DNA of 63,992 bases, filler included, from Candidatus Babelota bacterium (GCA_017999075.1; 12 parts of 12 records of this genome joined end to end with filler, not necessarily neighbours in it); one strand, 5' to 3'; shown: positions 1 through 10,110, counted from the first letter of the whole stretch. The notes: generated by a model from the sequence alone, not told the origin. Numbers and translations: made by a program.

Positions 1-3000
1 AGCTTTTATTAAGGCGAGGCTATCGGTAGTTCTTTTTTCTTTAGTTTGTTTTGTTCTGACAAAGGCTATACTATCAGATATTTTTTTGTTTTTAATCTGC
101 TGCGCTTTTACTAAGGCGAGGCTATCGGTAGCTCTTTTTTCTTTTGTTTGTTTTGTTCTGACAAAGGCAATACTATCAGATATTTTTTTATTTTTAATTT
201 GTTGTGCTTTTACTAAGGCAAGACTATCAGCCTCACGCCTGTTTTTTATAAGTAGATTTTTATCAAAGTTTATACTATCTGATTTTATTTGCTCAGCTTT
301 CTCCTTTTTATTATTAATATTTTTATTATCAGCATAAGTAAGCGGTTGTTTTTTCTGATATATGTCTAATATTTCCTCTTGTTTATTAATAGCGGTTTTT
401 TCGTTGGCAGAGGCTTCTTTAAGTAGTTCAATCTTTTTTATATTATCAACAGTTTTTTCGGCTAAATTTCTTTTTACTTCAGCTTGTTTAAAGTAAAAGA
501 CTACTTCGTATTTTAATATTTTAGTAGTATCATTTTCTATTTCATTTAAAGGTTTATTTTGTTCAATTGCCAGGTTGTTTTCAAGGTATTTGTTTTGGTT
601 ATTCAGGTTTTCAAGTGTATAAGCATCAACCTGTTTTTTATCAGCCTCCTTTTTAAGATTATCAGCCTTTTTTATTAATTCATTCTTTTTAACAGGATCT
701 TTTTCGTTATTAGCATTATTTTTTAATTTTTCAACTTGTTTATATTCAGATTTAGCTTCATTTTCTAATTTTCTGCTTGTTTTGGCTATATCTACAGGTT
801 TCCCTTTTTGTTGTTTTTTATTATCCGTTTTATAGTCTATTGCTGTAAGAGAAGAATCCAGAGTTTTGATTTGTTTTTGTATAGATTGTTTTTCTAAAGT
901 ATTGGTGGTTTTCTTTAGTTTGTTTTGTAAGGTTTCTTTATTTTTAATAATCAGGTCTGCTGTCGTTTTACGGTTTTGAATTTTGGCTTCTTCAATCGTT
1001 TGGGAGGTAATTTGATTTTGGATGTTATTGTCTTTGTCTTTATTTAAGACGAATTCTAATTTTTCTTTATCACTTAATCCTTCAGGGATAGTATCTTTGC
1101 TATTATTATTTTCGGTTATTACAGATTGTTCTTCATTTTCATTATTGATTTTATTATCAACCAGAACTTCTGATGTAACTGTCTTTTTATCTTTGGCTGC
1201 CTGGTCTTTTATACTTTGCTGAATCATAGTTGTAGCAAATTTAACCTGCGACCTTATAGCTCCTGCTTCTATTTTTAGAAGGTTTCCTTCTCTGTATAAT
1301 TTATTAGTTAGATTTTTTACAGAGTCAGCTTCATTCTTAATATAATTATAGCGCTCCATCAATCTTTTCTTTTTATTTTCATTGGTTGTTTTGTCAGCGT
1401 CTTCTTTGTAAATAGCAGCTTCATCATTTATATCATTAGCAAGTTCATTTTGTTTTTTAGCCTCCTCCAGCACTATGTCTGCTTTTTCAGATTTTATTTC
1501 AGCCAAAGTAACCATATCATAATTAATTTTATTTTTTATTTCCTTGATGTCCACTTTTTTATTGTCTTTATATTTTTTATTCATATCGGCATATAACTTA
1601 TCTGCTTTGTCTCTATTGCCGTTTTTCATCTGATTTTCAACTTCAGCAACTTCATTATTAACTTTTTTAAGGTAATTCTTCTGTTCTTCTATCTGAAGTG
1701 TAACTAATAAATCTGTGTTGGCTGCGACAATAGATTCATTGCTAAGTCTGGTAGAATCCTTCTGAAGTTTTTTAGCTTTTTCAATTTCCTTGTTTTTTGC
1801 ATTCTTATCCGTGAGTGTATTTGCAAATTTTATAATACTATCCGCTTCTTTGCCTTTTTTGGTTGCTTCTATATTTTTCTCAATAGAAACTTTTTTTAGA
1901 GAAACAGAGAGATTTTTCAGAGTTTCAACATTCTGGCTTATTTGTTTTTTGTAAACCCCTGCTTTTTGGATTACAGAATTTTTTTGTAGTTGTTTTTCTT
2001 TTTGAGTAGCTTTTTTCTCTTCTCTTAATTCCTGTTCTGTTTTAGGTTCGGTATAAGTTTCCTTTTCATATTTACTGATATTTTCGGCTAATAATTGTTT
2101 GTCATTTGCAGTAGGAGAAGGAATATTATTTAAACTATCGTTATTATTGTTAATTTGATTAATCAAATCGGTTAATATAGTACTTTCGGCTTTTTGAATT
2201 TTAATATCCCTTGTAATACTGTCAGATAAATTTTTGTATTTTTTTACTTCTTTATTTTTCTGGTCAGCAGCAGCCTGTATTTCCGCTGCTTCTTTCTGGA
2301 GTTTACGTTTTTTTATTGGATTAATAGTAGATTTTGCATCTGAAAATAAAGCATTAGCCTTACTTTGTAATTTCTTTTGTTCTTTAGCTAATATCAGGGA
2401 TTTATCTTTCAGGTCTTTTGCTTCCTTTTCCTTGTAGCTTGTTTCTCCCGGAGCCGGAGTTTTAAGATTTGTATTTATATTATCATACTTATCTATATTG
2501 GCAAGAGTTTCTTCGGTTTTAGTCTTTATTTCTTTAGTTGTTTTATTTATTTCAGTACTGTCTTGAGTGTTTTCAAGTTCTTTGTTAGTTGCTATCAGAT
2601 TATCTTTAACCTGTTCAATTTCATCAATTTTATTTTCAAGTTCTTTGGCAATTTTATAAGCGGTTTTGGATTCGGTTTTTAGTTTTAAAGCATCATTTTT
2701 AAGAGTATTGGCTTTTGTTATTTCAGCATCCTTTTGTGTCTTATTTTTAGGGGTATTGGCTTTAAATATTATGCTGTCAGCCTGTTTTTCTTTTTTTTCA
2801 GCCTGTTTACTTTTTAACAGTGCCAGTTTCATTATATTTTCAGCTTTGTTCTCAAGTTTTTCTTTTTTATCATCTATTTTATTTATATATATACTGTTTT
2901 CTTCAATAACCTTACTATTATCTTGTTTTTTCTTTTGTATGGTTTTTATTTTATTATCCGTAACTTCCTGATAAATAGTATCTTTTTTTATTGGTGTTTT

Positions 3001-5193
3001 ATTATCTTTAATTATTTTCTTTTCTTTATTTATATCAGTCTTTTTATTAACAGATTTGGGTTGTTTAAATTCAGCGAGTTTATCCTGTTTATTAGTTTTC
3101 TCTTGAGTGGGTGTAACTATTGAAGAGTCCTGTTCGTCAGAGTAAGAAGCGATATTATCAATTTCATCGGTTAAATTATCAGCTAAGATGTTTGAATTGT
3201 TAATACTATCAATTTTTAGGTCTAATTTAGAATTATCAGCTAAAATTTTATTTACCTGATCTCTATTTTTATCAATTTCTTTTTCCCTGTCTTCAGCTTC
3301 GGAGAAATATGTTTGTTTTAAGTTTTTATCTTTGGTCTTAATTGCTTCGGCTTTATAATTGTCAGCTTCTTTTTTTAATTCATCTATATTTTTAAGAATC
3401 TCTGTTTTTTGGGTTTCATTTTTTAATTTTTGCTGTGTAATTTGTTTTAATTGCTGCTCTTCATCATTATCTGTTTTTATTGTAATTTTATTAATTTTTT
3501 TATAATTATCATTATTAACAAGTTCATTAAGTAAAACTATAGCAGAACTGCTGTCATTGGTTTGATCCGTTTTTTTGATGAGGTTATTATAAAAAGCAGC
3601 TTCATTTGCAGCTTTTCTCGTGTTTTCATATAAATCAGTATATTGTTTCTCTACTTTTTCGGCAATTTTTATTTCATCTTTAAGTTTTTCTGTTTCTTTT
3701 TTTAATTTATTAATGTTTTGTTTGTCCTGTTCCTTTTGATAAATGTCATTGTTTTGTTTAGATTGTGCTATTGCGCTGTCAAGCTGTCTTTGTTTATTAG
3801 TTGCAAGTTCTTTTTTCTTTTTTATAATATTGGCAGCAATATTTTTTTTATTTTCAGCGATTTTTTCATTGTTCTGAACCTCTTCCAGTAACTCCTGGGA
3901 ATAGTTAATTATTTCTTTATTGTCTTTAAATTTGCTTGCAGGTATGTTATAATTAAGTTCTTCATCTTCGTCTATTTCTCCTTTAGCTTTAGTTTTATTT
4001 TCGTTATTATTATCGGCAACAGGTGTATCAAACATATCTTCACTGGAATTAACTTCAAGTTTTTCTTTTTGTTTAAGTAGGTTAAGATAAGTTGAATCCT
4101 GAACAGTATAACTATATTTTGGCACTACTTTAGCAAGTATATTAGCATCAGGTCTGCGGTCTATTCTGACTTTAAAAATGCTAATCATATTTTCTGCCGT
4201 ATTTCTTGTTGATGAAAAATAAGCGTATTTCTGAAGCGTATCTGTTACAAATAATATATCTTCATAAGGTGTGTTGATGGAAAAGTCAAGATTTACAGGT
4301 GTTGTCCATTTATTTAAAACTTTATCATAAGTGCTTCGGAAAATATCATATCCTCCCATAGAATTATGTCCTTTTGAAGAGAAATAAAGGGTTTTACCAT
4401 CAGGTAATATATAAGGATAATCTTCATCGTATTCGGTATTGATAGTTGCAGGTAATTTTTCAGGCTTTGACCATTGATCTTTCGCTAACCTGAATGAGCG
4501 ATAAATATCTCTGTTATTTCCTTTATCTCCAAAACTTGAGTAATATATAACTTTATTTTTTTCACTGTAGAATACTATACTGTTATCATTATTTTTTTTG
4601 TCATTTTTGGTCTTAAATACATCAGGTTTTGCGAGAAGTTTGCCTCCAAATTCATTTATTTTATATGAGCGATAATAATCTGTCTGGTTAGTAGTCTTTT
4701 TCTCAAGTACAAATAAATCTTTAAGGTCGCTAAGTAGTTGCTTACCATTATTGCACATCTCTATCTGCCTGTCAATATCTTTTTTTGAAGTAATAAAGTC
4801 AGAGCTTTTGCTTTTATAATTATTAAAGGCATTAATAGCTTCCTGAAATCTATAATTAATATGATAAGCCAACCCTAAAAAATAATATAAATCAGGACTC
4901 ACGTCTTTCTTATTTATTGCATATTCAAGAAAACGTAGCGGTGTTTCAGTATTTCTTTTATCTGCCATTAAAAGGCTGGCGCCAAATTTAAAACTAAGGA
5001 CAGCATCTTTAGGTTGTAAACTTAACAATTGTGAATAAAGAGGTAAAGCAGCAGCATAGTTTTCTTTTTTAAAATAGTTATCTGCCTGTTTTAAAACTTC
5101 ATTCTCAAAATCCTTATCATTCTGGGCTTTTAATGTTAGCACAGGATAAAAAAATAACAAGAGGAAAATTATATTTTGTAAAATTTTTCTCAA
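1..5193 (-). CDS. Giant secreted TPR + PD40 (WD40-like) protein with a long helical/coiled-coil region, Bacteroidota-type; 3' end truncated at window edge (>1730 aa)
   Basis: Manual translation from TTG 5193: MRKILQNIIFLLLFFYPVLTLKAQ (signal peptide), TPRs (ADNYFKKENYAAALPLYSQLL; LYYFLGLAYHINYRFQEAI), PD40 motifs (INTEYDEDYPYILPDGKTLYFSSKGHNSMGGYDIF). Absent from the ORF track, consistent with no stop before base 1. Alternative TTG at 5220. Confidence 0.85.
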   Translation of the reverse strand, partial: MRKILQNIIFLLLFFYPVLTLKAQNDKDFENEVLKQADNYFKKENYAAALPLYSQLLSLQPKDAVLSFKFGASLLMADKRNTETPLRFLEYAINKKDVSPDLYYFLGLAYHINYRFQEAINAFNNYKSKSSDFITSKKDIDRQIEMCNNGKQLLSDLKDLFVLEKKTTNQTDYYRSYKINEFGGKLLAKPDVFKTKNDKKNNDNSIVFYSEKNKVIYYSSFGDKGNNRDIYRSFRLAKDQWSKPEKLPATINTEYDEDYPYILPDGKTLYFSSKGHNSMGGYDIFRSTYDKVLNKWTTPVNLDFSINTPYEDILFVTDTLQKYAYFSSTRNTAENMISIFKVRIDRRPDANILAKVVPKYSYTVQDSTYLNLLKQKEKLEVNSSEDMFDTPVADNNNENKTKAKGEIDEDEELNYNIPASKFKDNKEIINYSQELLEEVQNNEKIAENKKNIAANIIKKKKELATNKQRQLDSAIAQSKQNNDIYQKEQDKQNINKLKKETEKLKDEIKIAEKVEKQYTDLYENTRKAANEAAFYNNLIKKTDQTNDSSSAIVLLNELVNNDNYKKINKITIKTDNDEEQQLKQITQQKLKNETQKTEILKNIDELKKEADNYKAEAIKTKDKNLKQTYFSEAEDREKEIDKNRDQVNKILADNSKLDLKIDSINNSNILADNLTDEIDNIASYSDEQDSSIVTPTQEKTNKQDKLAEFKQPKSVNKKTDINKEKKIIKDNKTPIKKDTIYQEVTDNKIKTIQKKKQDNSKVIEENSIYINKIDDKKEKLENKAENIMKLALLKSKQAEKKEKQADSIIFKANTPKNKTQKDAEITKANTLKNDALKLKTESKTAYKIAKELENKIDEIEQVKDNLIATNKELENTQDSTEINKTTKEIKTKTEETLANIDKYDNINTNLKTPAPGETSYKEKEAKDLKDKSLILAKEQKKLQSKANALFSDAKSTINPIKKRKLQKEAAEIQAAADQKNKEVKKYKNLSDSITRDIKIQKAESTILTDLINQINNNNDSLNNIPSPTANDKQLLAENISKYEKETYTEPKTEQELREEKKATQKEKQLQKNSVIQKAGVYKKQISQNVETLKNLSVSLKKVSIEKNIEATKKGKEADSIIKFANTLTDKNAKNKEIEKAKKLQKDSTRLSNESIVAANTDLLVTLQIEEQKNYLKKVNNEVAEVENQMKNGNRDKADKLYADMNKKYKDNKKVDIKEIKNKINYDMVTLAEIKSEKADIVLEEAKKQNELANDINDEAAIYKEDADKTTNENKKKRLMERYNYIKNEADSVKNLTNKLYREGNLLKIEAGAIRSQVKFATTMIQQSIKDQAAKDKKTVTSEVLVDNKINNENEEQSVITENNNSKDTIPEGLSDKEKLEFVLNKDKDNNIQNQITSQTIEEAKIQNRKTTADLIIKNKETLQNKLKKTTNTLEKQSIQKQIKTLDSSLTAIDYKTDNKKQQKGKPVDIAKTSRKLENEAKSEYKQVEKLKNNANNEKDPVKKNELIKKADNLKKEADKKQVDAYTLENLNNQNKYLENNLAIEQNKPLNEIENDTTKILKYEVVFYFKQAEVKRNLAEKTVDNIKKIELLKEASANEKTAINKQEEILDIYQKKQPLTYADNKNINNKKEKAEQIKSDSINFDKNLLIKNRREADSLALVKAQQIKNKKISDSIAFVRTKQTKEKRATDSLALVKAQQIKNKKISDSIAFVRTKQTKEKRTTDSLALIKA
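2..229 (-). repeat. 102-bp tandem coding repeat (34 aa, two 17-aa DSxA half-units), about 2.2 copies visible
   Basis: Unit GCTTTTA(T/C)TAAGGC... starts at 2, 104 and 206. It encodes KAQQIKNKKISDSIAFVRTKQTKEKRATDSLALV. Confidence 0.9.
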
Positions 5194-5217
5194 AAAATGA
5201 GTTATAAAATTATTATG

Positions 5218-5225
5218 CAAACCTA
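5218..5225 (-). promoter_or_regulatory. Bacteroidota-type -7 promoter element TAnnTTTG (TAGGTTTG) for the giant gene
   Basis: Reverse complement of CAAACCTA, about 25 nt upstream of the TTG at 5193; no Shine-Dalgarno. Confidence 0.5.
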
Positions 5226-5386
5226 CACTTTTTTTTTAAATTTGTATTTTAAAGAGAAAAATTCTATTTGTTTTTTTAAATTTTTTCTTTGTTATTGTTT
5301 GTTAATATGTTAATTAACAAATATATAATATGATTGATAATTACTATCTCTATTAAATATTCGTATCAGGGTTATGAAAAAATAAT

Positions 5387-5394
5387 TATTTTTG
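5387..5394 (+). promoter_or_regulatory. Bacteroidota-type -7 promoter element TAnnTTTG (TATTTTTG)
   Basis: 15 nt upstream of ATG 5410, with an AT-rich leader and no SD. Confidence 0.45.
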
Positions 5395-5409
5395 TCAAAT
5401 TTTTAAAAT

Positions 5410-5489
5410 ATGGATGAATTAAAACAAGCTGCTTATGCAGCATTGAAAGATTATCTGGCATTAAAACAGGATGAAACTTTGCTTATTGT
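5410..5489 (+). CDS. Probable aminopeptidase (M29/leucyl aminopeptidase-like), N-terminal fragment only
   Basis: MDELKQAAYAALKDYLALKQDETLLIV resembles the start of M29-like aminopeptidases; cut by the spacer. Confidence 0.45.
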
Positions 5490-5589
5490 NNNNNNNNNNN
5501 NNNNNNNNNNNNNNNNNNNNNNNNNNNNNNNNNTTAATTAATTAANNNNNNNNNNNNNNNNNNNNNNNNNNNNNNNNNNNNNNNNNNNN
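5490..5589. other. Artificial contig-joining spacer (N44-TTAATTAATTAA-N44); first of 11
   Basis: Identical 100-nt spacers with six-frame stops also at 11079-11178, 16575-16674, 22061-22160, 27499-27598, 32935-33034, 38343-38442, 43732-43831, 49088-49187, 54404-54503 and 59703-59802. Confidence 0.98.
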
Positions 5590-6719
5590 GTTTTTATTAG
5601 TGGCTGGTTTGTTTTAAAACTTATTTCAGCTAACGATAATCCCTCCATTTTTTTGTATTTTTTTGAAGATAGTCCTGTAGGAAAAATATCTTTGAAACCC
5701 AAAGAACCTCCATAATTTTCCCATTCAGGCAATCCATCTTGAATACATTTTTCGATATATTTTTGAGTTTTTTTTATTGAAATTTCTTTTAATAATTCGG
5801 ATTTCTGCTTATTTAACAGAGTCGGAGGCAGCAGTGAAGTCAGTGTTGTGGAACCTGCAGTATATGGATAAGAATCAAAGGTAATATCGCTGTATTTATT
5901 ATAAGAATCAATTAATTTTAAAATTTGTCCGGTTTTGTGCCAATTGGATTTTGCATAAGTTTTTAAATGAGACAACTGGATTTTACAATTATACTTTTCT
6001 GTATATCCAACAACTTCTTTTATGGATTCTATCACTTTTGCTCCTTCATCGCGCAAATGAACAGCAAGAATTTTATTATATTTTTTTACCAGTTTGGCGA
6101 TAAGTTCATATTCTGATTTATCAGCGAAAATATTTGGAGGATATCCTATTCCTATTGAAACTCCGGCAGCTCCGGATTCAAGTTCTTCGGATATAAGTTT
6201 TTCCATTTTATTTAATAAATCTGTGTTATATTTTATTGAGGACATTTCTGTCAAGTAAAACCGCAGAGTTGAATATCCAATAAGCGTTTCTATATTATTC
6301 CAAGAATTTTTTTTGCATAGATTCAAAAAAGAAGATGTATTGTTCCATTGCCATTTAACTTTTTCATTTCCCCATATACTGCTGTACATAGCTTGCCAAA
6401 CATTTTTATATTCAGGTTTTACAGGAACAACGGATAATCCGCAATTGCCAACCACTTCAGTTGTTATTCCCTGCATCAGTTTTGGGGAAATATTTTGTTT
6501 ATTTAAAGATGCGAGTTCACTGTGAGAATGGACGTCTATAAAACCAGGAGAAACAATAAGTCCTTCAGCATCTATTATTTTTTCGAATTTTGATTCATTT
6601 ATTGTTTTATCATTTGAAATCAAATCAATTATTATGTTATCGGATATAATAATATTCTTTTTTATAAATTGATATTTTTGAAATTCCGGGAAATAAGCGT
6701 TTTTAATTAATATTTTCAT
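5590..6719 (-). CDS. N-acyl-D-amino-acid deacylase (D-aminoacylase, amidohydrolase family), C-terminally truncated
   Basis: PGFIDVHSHSE, QGITTEVVGNCGLS, HLRDE, SHLK and DSYPYTAGSTTL motifs. Confidence 0.88.
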
Positions 6720-6733
6720 AAAAAATTTAAAAA

Positions 6734-7252
6734 TTATTTATTATTAATTTGAGGAGATGAAGGAGAAGGAAAAACAGGATTACCGGTATTGCCGGTCTGT
6801 TTAGAATTTATAGAACTGTCAGTTTTAGGCCTCAAATTAGATTGATTAACAGGTTGGGTAGTTAATATTACATTTTTTATTCCGGCAAGTTTTGCTATGT
6901 CAGTAAGTTTTATAACCAGACCGTATTCTACTCTGTAATCTGCATTAACAGATAAACTTGATTCTTTAAGATTCGGAAGATTTTTTTCGATTTCAGGGCC
7001 TAATTGTTCTATTGAAGTTTTTTTATCATTAAGGAAAATTTCATTATCTGCATTTATGTATGCAGTTAAATATTCGGAATTTATATTGTCAGTGGAAGAA
7101 GCTTCAGGAAGTTCGATTTTAAAACCTGGCTGCAGCATAAATGTTGAAGTTGCCATAAAGAAAATTAATAAGGTAAATACCAAATCTACCATCGGAGCAA
7201 TGTCTAAATCAGGAGTTGATTCATCTTCCTGTTTTAAAAAATTAAAGCGCAT
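6734..7252 (-). CDS. exbD: Biopolymer transport protein ExbD/TolR
   Basis: DIAPMVDLVFTLLIFFM transmembrane segment with the conserved Asp; ADxxVxYG motif; downstream of exbB. Confidence 0.9.
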   Translation of the reverse strand: MRFNFLKQEDESTPDLDIAPMVDLVFTLLIFFMATSTFMLQPGFKIELPEASSTDNINSEYLTAYINADNEIFLNDKKTSIEQLGPEIEKNLPNLKESSLSVNADYRVEYGLVIKLTDIAKLAGIKNVILTTQPVNQSNLRPKTDSSINSKQTGNTGNPVFPSPSSPQINNK

Positions 7253-7270
7253 AATTTTGAAACTCCGTGT

Positions 7271-7954
7271 TTAATATTTTAATTTTAATACTATCATACT
7301 TGCAGTTTTTTCCATTTGTCTTACTATGTTTTTGCATCTTACCATAAAGTATTGATGAAATACTAAAGTTGGAATTGCTATACTTAAACCAAAAATTGTG
7401 GTCAAGAGAGCTTGAGATATTCCTCCTGCAAAAACTGTTGCGGAAATGTTGCCGGATAATTTTAACATGTCGTTAAAAGCCTGCAATAAACCTGTTACTG
7501 TCCCTAAAAGTCCGAGCAGAGGAGCTATTTTTGCCAATAAAGACATATAATCCAAATTTGTGGTTAATTGATGAACTTCAAAATATCCTAATTCTTCGAT
7601 CATTTCTTTTATTTTGGTTTCATCTTTATCGCGGTAATTAATAGCGATTTTAACTATAGAAGAAACCGGAGACGGATGTTTTTCACACAGTTCTTGAATC
7701 TCTTTAATTTTATTTTCTGAAATAAGAGAATCCACATTCTGAATTATCTTATAAGAATTATATATGATTTTTTTTAAAAATAATGCCCGTTCAATTATAA
7801 TCATTATTATGAAAAGTAAAACATAAGTTAACGGTATCATTATGATTCCGCCTTTATGCAGAATGTCGATTTTTTGATAGGCATAATATACAAAAGGCAA
7901 TGTGATTAATATTTCAACTATCAACAGAAGTTTGTTGAATAATATTTTTTTCAT
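7271..7954 (-). CDS. exbB: MotA/TolQ/ExbB proton channel family protein
   Basis: APLLGLLGTVTG and GISQALLTTIFGLSIAIP. Confidence 0.9.
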   Translation of the reverse strand: MKKILFNKLLLIVEILITLPFVYYAYQKIDILHKGGIIMIPLTYVLLFIIMIIIERALFLKKIIYNSYKIIQNVDSLISENKIKEIQELCEKHPSPVSSIVKIAINYRDKDETKIKEMIEELGYFEVHQLTTNLDYMSLLAKIAPLLGLLGTVTGLLQAFNDMLKLSGNISATVFAGGISQALLTTIFGLSIAIPTLVFHQYFMVRCKNIVRQMEKTASMIVLKLKY

Positions 7955-8049
7955 ACTAAAATTTCTCCTAATTATTATAATTTAATATATTATAAAACAA
8001 ATAATATAAAATACAAGTTAAAATTATAAAATAAATAACAAAATTTTGT

Positions 8050-8078
8050 TTGACAAATTAAAATTTAAATGATAATAT
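8050..8078 (+). promoter_or_regulatory. Putative sigma70 promoter upstream of the structured RNA and rny
   Basis: TTGACA (8050-8055), 17-nt spacer, TAATAT (8073-8078). Confidence 0.5.
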
Positions 8079-8144
8079 AATATTTAATATAGAAAATTAA
8101 TACAAAAATAATCGGTTGATATTAAAAAATGTATTAATTTTCGT

Positions 8145-8378
8145 TTGAATATATATTTAATCAGGATCAATTTATGTTGACGCAAAGGATTGAAACTATA
8201 TGTATTACTATACTTTAAAACCTTATGGTTTTAATATAAATACATTATTATTTATTATTAAAAGAAATTTTTGTTTGGAAAAATTTATCGACAATCATAT
8301 TAAAAATTGATTTTTTTAGTAACTGTTTATTTCAATCTTACATACATAAACTTGCTTCCTGTATAAATATTATATCAA
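8145..8378 (+). ncRNA. Candidate 6S RNA (ssrS) or other long structured RNA upstream of rny; core 8162-8361
   Basis: Nested long-range pairings: CAGGA/TCCTG (8162-66/8357-61), TTTATGT/ACATAAA (8171-77/8344-50), AGGATTGAAA/TTTCAATCTT (8186-95/8330-39), TTACTA/TAGTAA (8205-10/8317-22), TTTTAATAT/ATATTAAAA (8229-37/8297-305). Size about 200 nt; directly upstream of rny. Confidence 0.5.
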
Positions 8379-8424
8379 TAACTACATTATTTTATTAAAT
8401 AAAAAGATAAAGGAGGCAGTAAAA

Positions 8425-9966
8425 GTGTATTTTGTTCAACTTGTTATTGGCTTGATAGTTGGAGCGCTGTCAAGTTATGGCATAACACGCGTTATGCTAA
8501 ATAAAAAATTCAAATCAGAAAAAGAAGGGTTATTAAATTCTATTGAAGAAATAAAAAAAGGTGTTGAAAAGGAAAAAACAACATTAAAAAAATCAATGGA
8601 ATTGGAATTGAAAGAAAAATTGATTTTTGAAAGGAATAAATTAAACGAAGAATTCAAAGAAATTCGAAAAGAACAAACTGAATTTGAAAAACATCTTAAT
8701 AGAAAAGATGAAAAATTGACACATAAAGAAGAAGAGTTAAATCAGAAAAATAATGAACTGAATCAGAAAGATAGAGGATTAAAACAAAAAGAACAGCAAA
8801 TTGATGAAACCTTAAAAAAACAAGTTGCAGAACTTCAAAAAATCGCCAGATTAACTGTAGAAGAAGCTAAAAAAACCCTCGTAGAGAAAATTGAAAAAGA
8901 TGCCAAACATGAAGCTATGAAATTCGTCAAAAAATATGAGGAAGAGGCGAATAAAGTAGCTGAAAAACAAGCCAGAAAAATAATTACACTTGCAATACAA
9001 AGGTGTGCTGCTGAAGTTGTGGCTGAAAATTCTGTAACAACTGTTTCTCTTGCTTCTGATGACATGAAAGGCAGGATTATAGGACGTGAAGGAAGGAATA
9101 TAAGGGAATTTGAAAAATGCACAGGAGTAGATCTTATTATAGATGATACCCCTGAAGTTGTAATAATATCTTCTTTTGACAGTATACGCAGGGAAGTTGC
9201 AAGACTCGCTCTTGAAAAACTTTTGGTTGACGGCCGCATACATCCAACGAGAATTGAGGAAATTGTTGAAAAAACTAAAAAAGAATTGAGTAAAACAATA
9301 GTTGAAGCAGGAGATGCAGCTGTTCTTGAAGTCGGTGTTCATGGGATTTCAAATGAGCTTATTAAATATTTAGGAAAACTTAAATTTAGGACTTCCTATG
9401 GACAGAATGTTTTACAGCATTCGATAGAAGTAGCAGTATTAGCAGGTTTAATGGCAGCAGAATTAGGAGCAAATGTACAGTTGGCTAAAAAAATGGGACT
9501 TCTTCATGATATAGGTAAAGCTTTAGATCAAGAAAATGAAGGGACACATGCATTATTAGGCGCTGAGCTTGCTAAAAAATCAGGGGAACCTGAGGTAGTA
9601 GTGCATGCTATTGCCGCTCATCACGGCGAGGTTTCTTTTAAAACAGTAGAAGGTGTTTTAGTTGCCGCAGCAGATGCTATTTCTGCAGCTCGTCCTGGTG
9701 CCCGTAAAGAAAATATAGAATCGTATTTGAAACGTCTTGAACAACTTGAACAGATTGCTGAAGATAAACATGGGGTTGAAAAAGCTTATGCTATTCAAGC
9801 AGGCAGAGAAGTAAGAGTTATAGTTAAACCAGAACATGTTGACGATACAACTATGGAAATAATGGCGAGAGATATAGCTAAAGAAGTTGAAGAAAAACTC
9901 GAATATCCAGGACAGATTAAGATAACTGTAATCAGAGAATCAAGAATAATAAGTTATGCTAAATAA
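8425..9966 (+). CDS. rny: Ribonuclease Y
   Basis: N-terminal TM, coiled coil, KH domain ([13 protein letters not shown]), HD domain (HSIEV..LLHDIGK), [18 protein letters not shown] before the GTG. Confidence 0.97.
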   Translation: MYFVQLVIGLIVGALSSYGITRVMLNKKFKSEKEGLLNSIEEIKKGVEKEKTTLKKSMELELKEKLIFERNKLNEEFKEIRKEQTEFEKHLNRKDEKLTHKEEELNQKNNELNQKDRGLKQKEQQIDETLKKQVAELQKIARLTVEEAKKTLVEKIEKDAKHEAMKFVKKYEEEANKVAEKQARKIITLAIQRCAAEVVAENSVTTVSLASDDMKGRIIGREGRNIREFEKCTGVDLIIDDTPEVVIISSFDSIRREVARLALEKLLVDGRIHPTRIEEIVEKTKKELSKTIVEAGDAAVLEVGVHGISNELIKYLGKLKFRTSYGQNVLQHSIEVAVLAGLMAAELGANVQLAKKMGLLHDIGKALDQENEGTHALLGAELAKKSGEPEVVVHAIAAHHGEVSFKTVEGVLVAAADAISAARPGARKENIESYLKRLEQLEQIAEDKHGVEKAYAIQAGREVRVIVKPEHVDDTTMEIMARDIAKEVEEKLEYPGQIKITVIRESRIISYAK

Positions 9967-10014
9967 AAAAATAACGCCGGTTTAATGAATTTATTTATTA
10001 CCGGCGTTATTTTT
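9967..10014 (+). terminator. Intrinsic (likely bidirectional) terminator after rny
   Basis: Perfect 15-bp inverted repeat AAAAATAACGCCGGT / ACCGGCGTTATTTTT. Confidence 0.85.
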
Positions 10015-10027
10015 ATGAACTTATTAC

Positions 10028-10056
10028 TTGACAAAATAATTAATTTTAAAGATAAT
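10028..10056 (+). promoter_or_regulatory. Sigma70 promoter for smc
   Basis: TTGACA, 17 nt, GATAAT. Confidence 0.6.
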
Positions 10057-10110
10057 ATTTTAATATACTGTATATATTTTATTTTATTATAAAATTTTGA
10101 ATTTTCTAAT

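Noticed and set aside
2-229. Possible CRISPR array or non-coding repeat
   Set aside because: The units are contiguous, in-frame 102-bp coding repeats with no unique spacers, and there are no cas genes in the window.
86-3123. Short hydrophobic plus-strand ORFs (86-337, 1022-1222, 2234-2437, 2666-2971, 2923-3123)
   Set aside because: Antisense shadows of the Lys/Glu-rich giant minus-strand gene. The same applies to the many small opposite-strand ORFs inside rny, valS, trpGD, A2M and the kinases.
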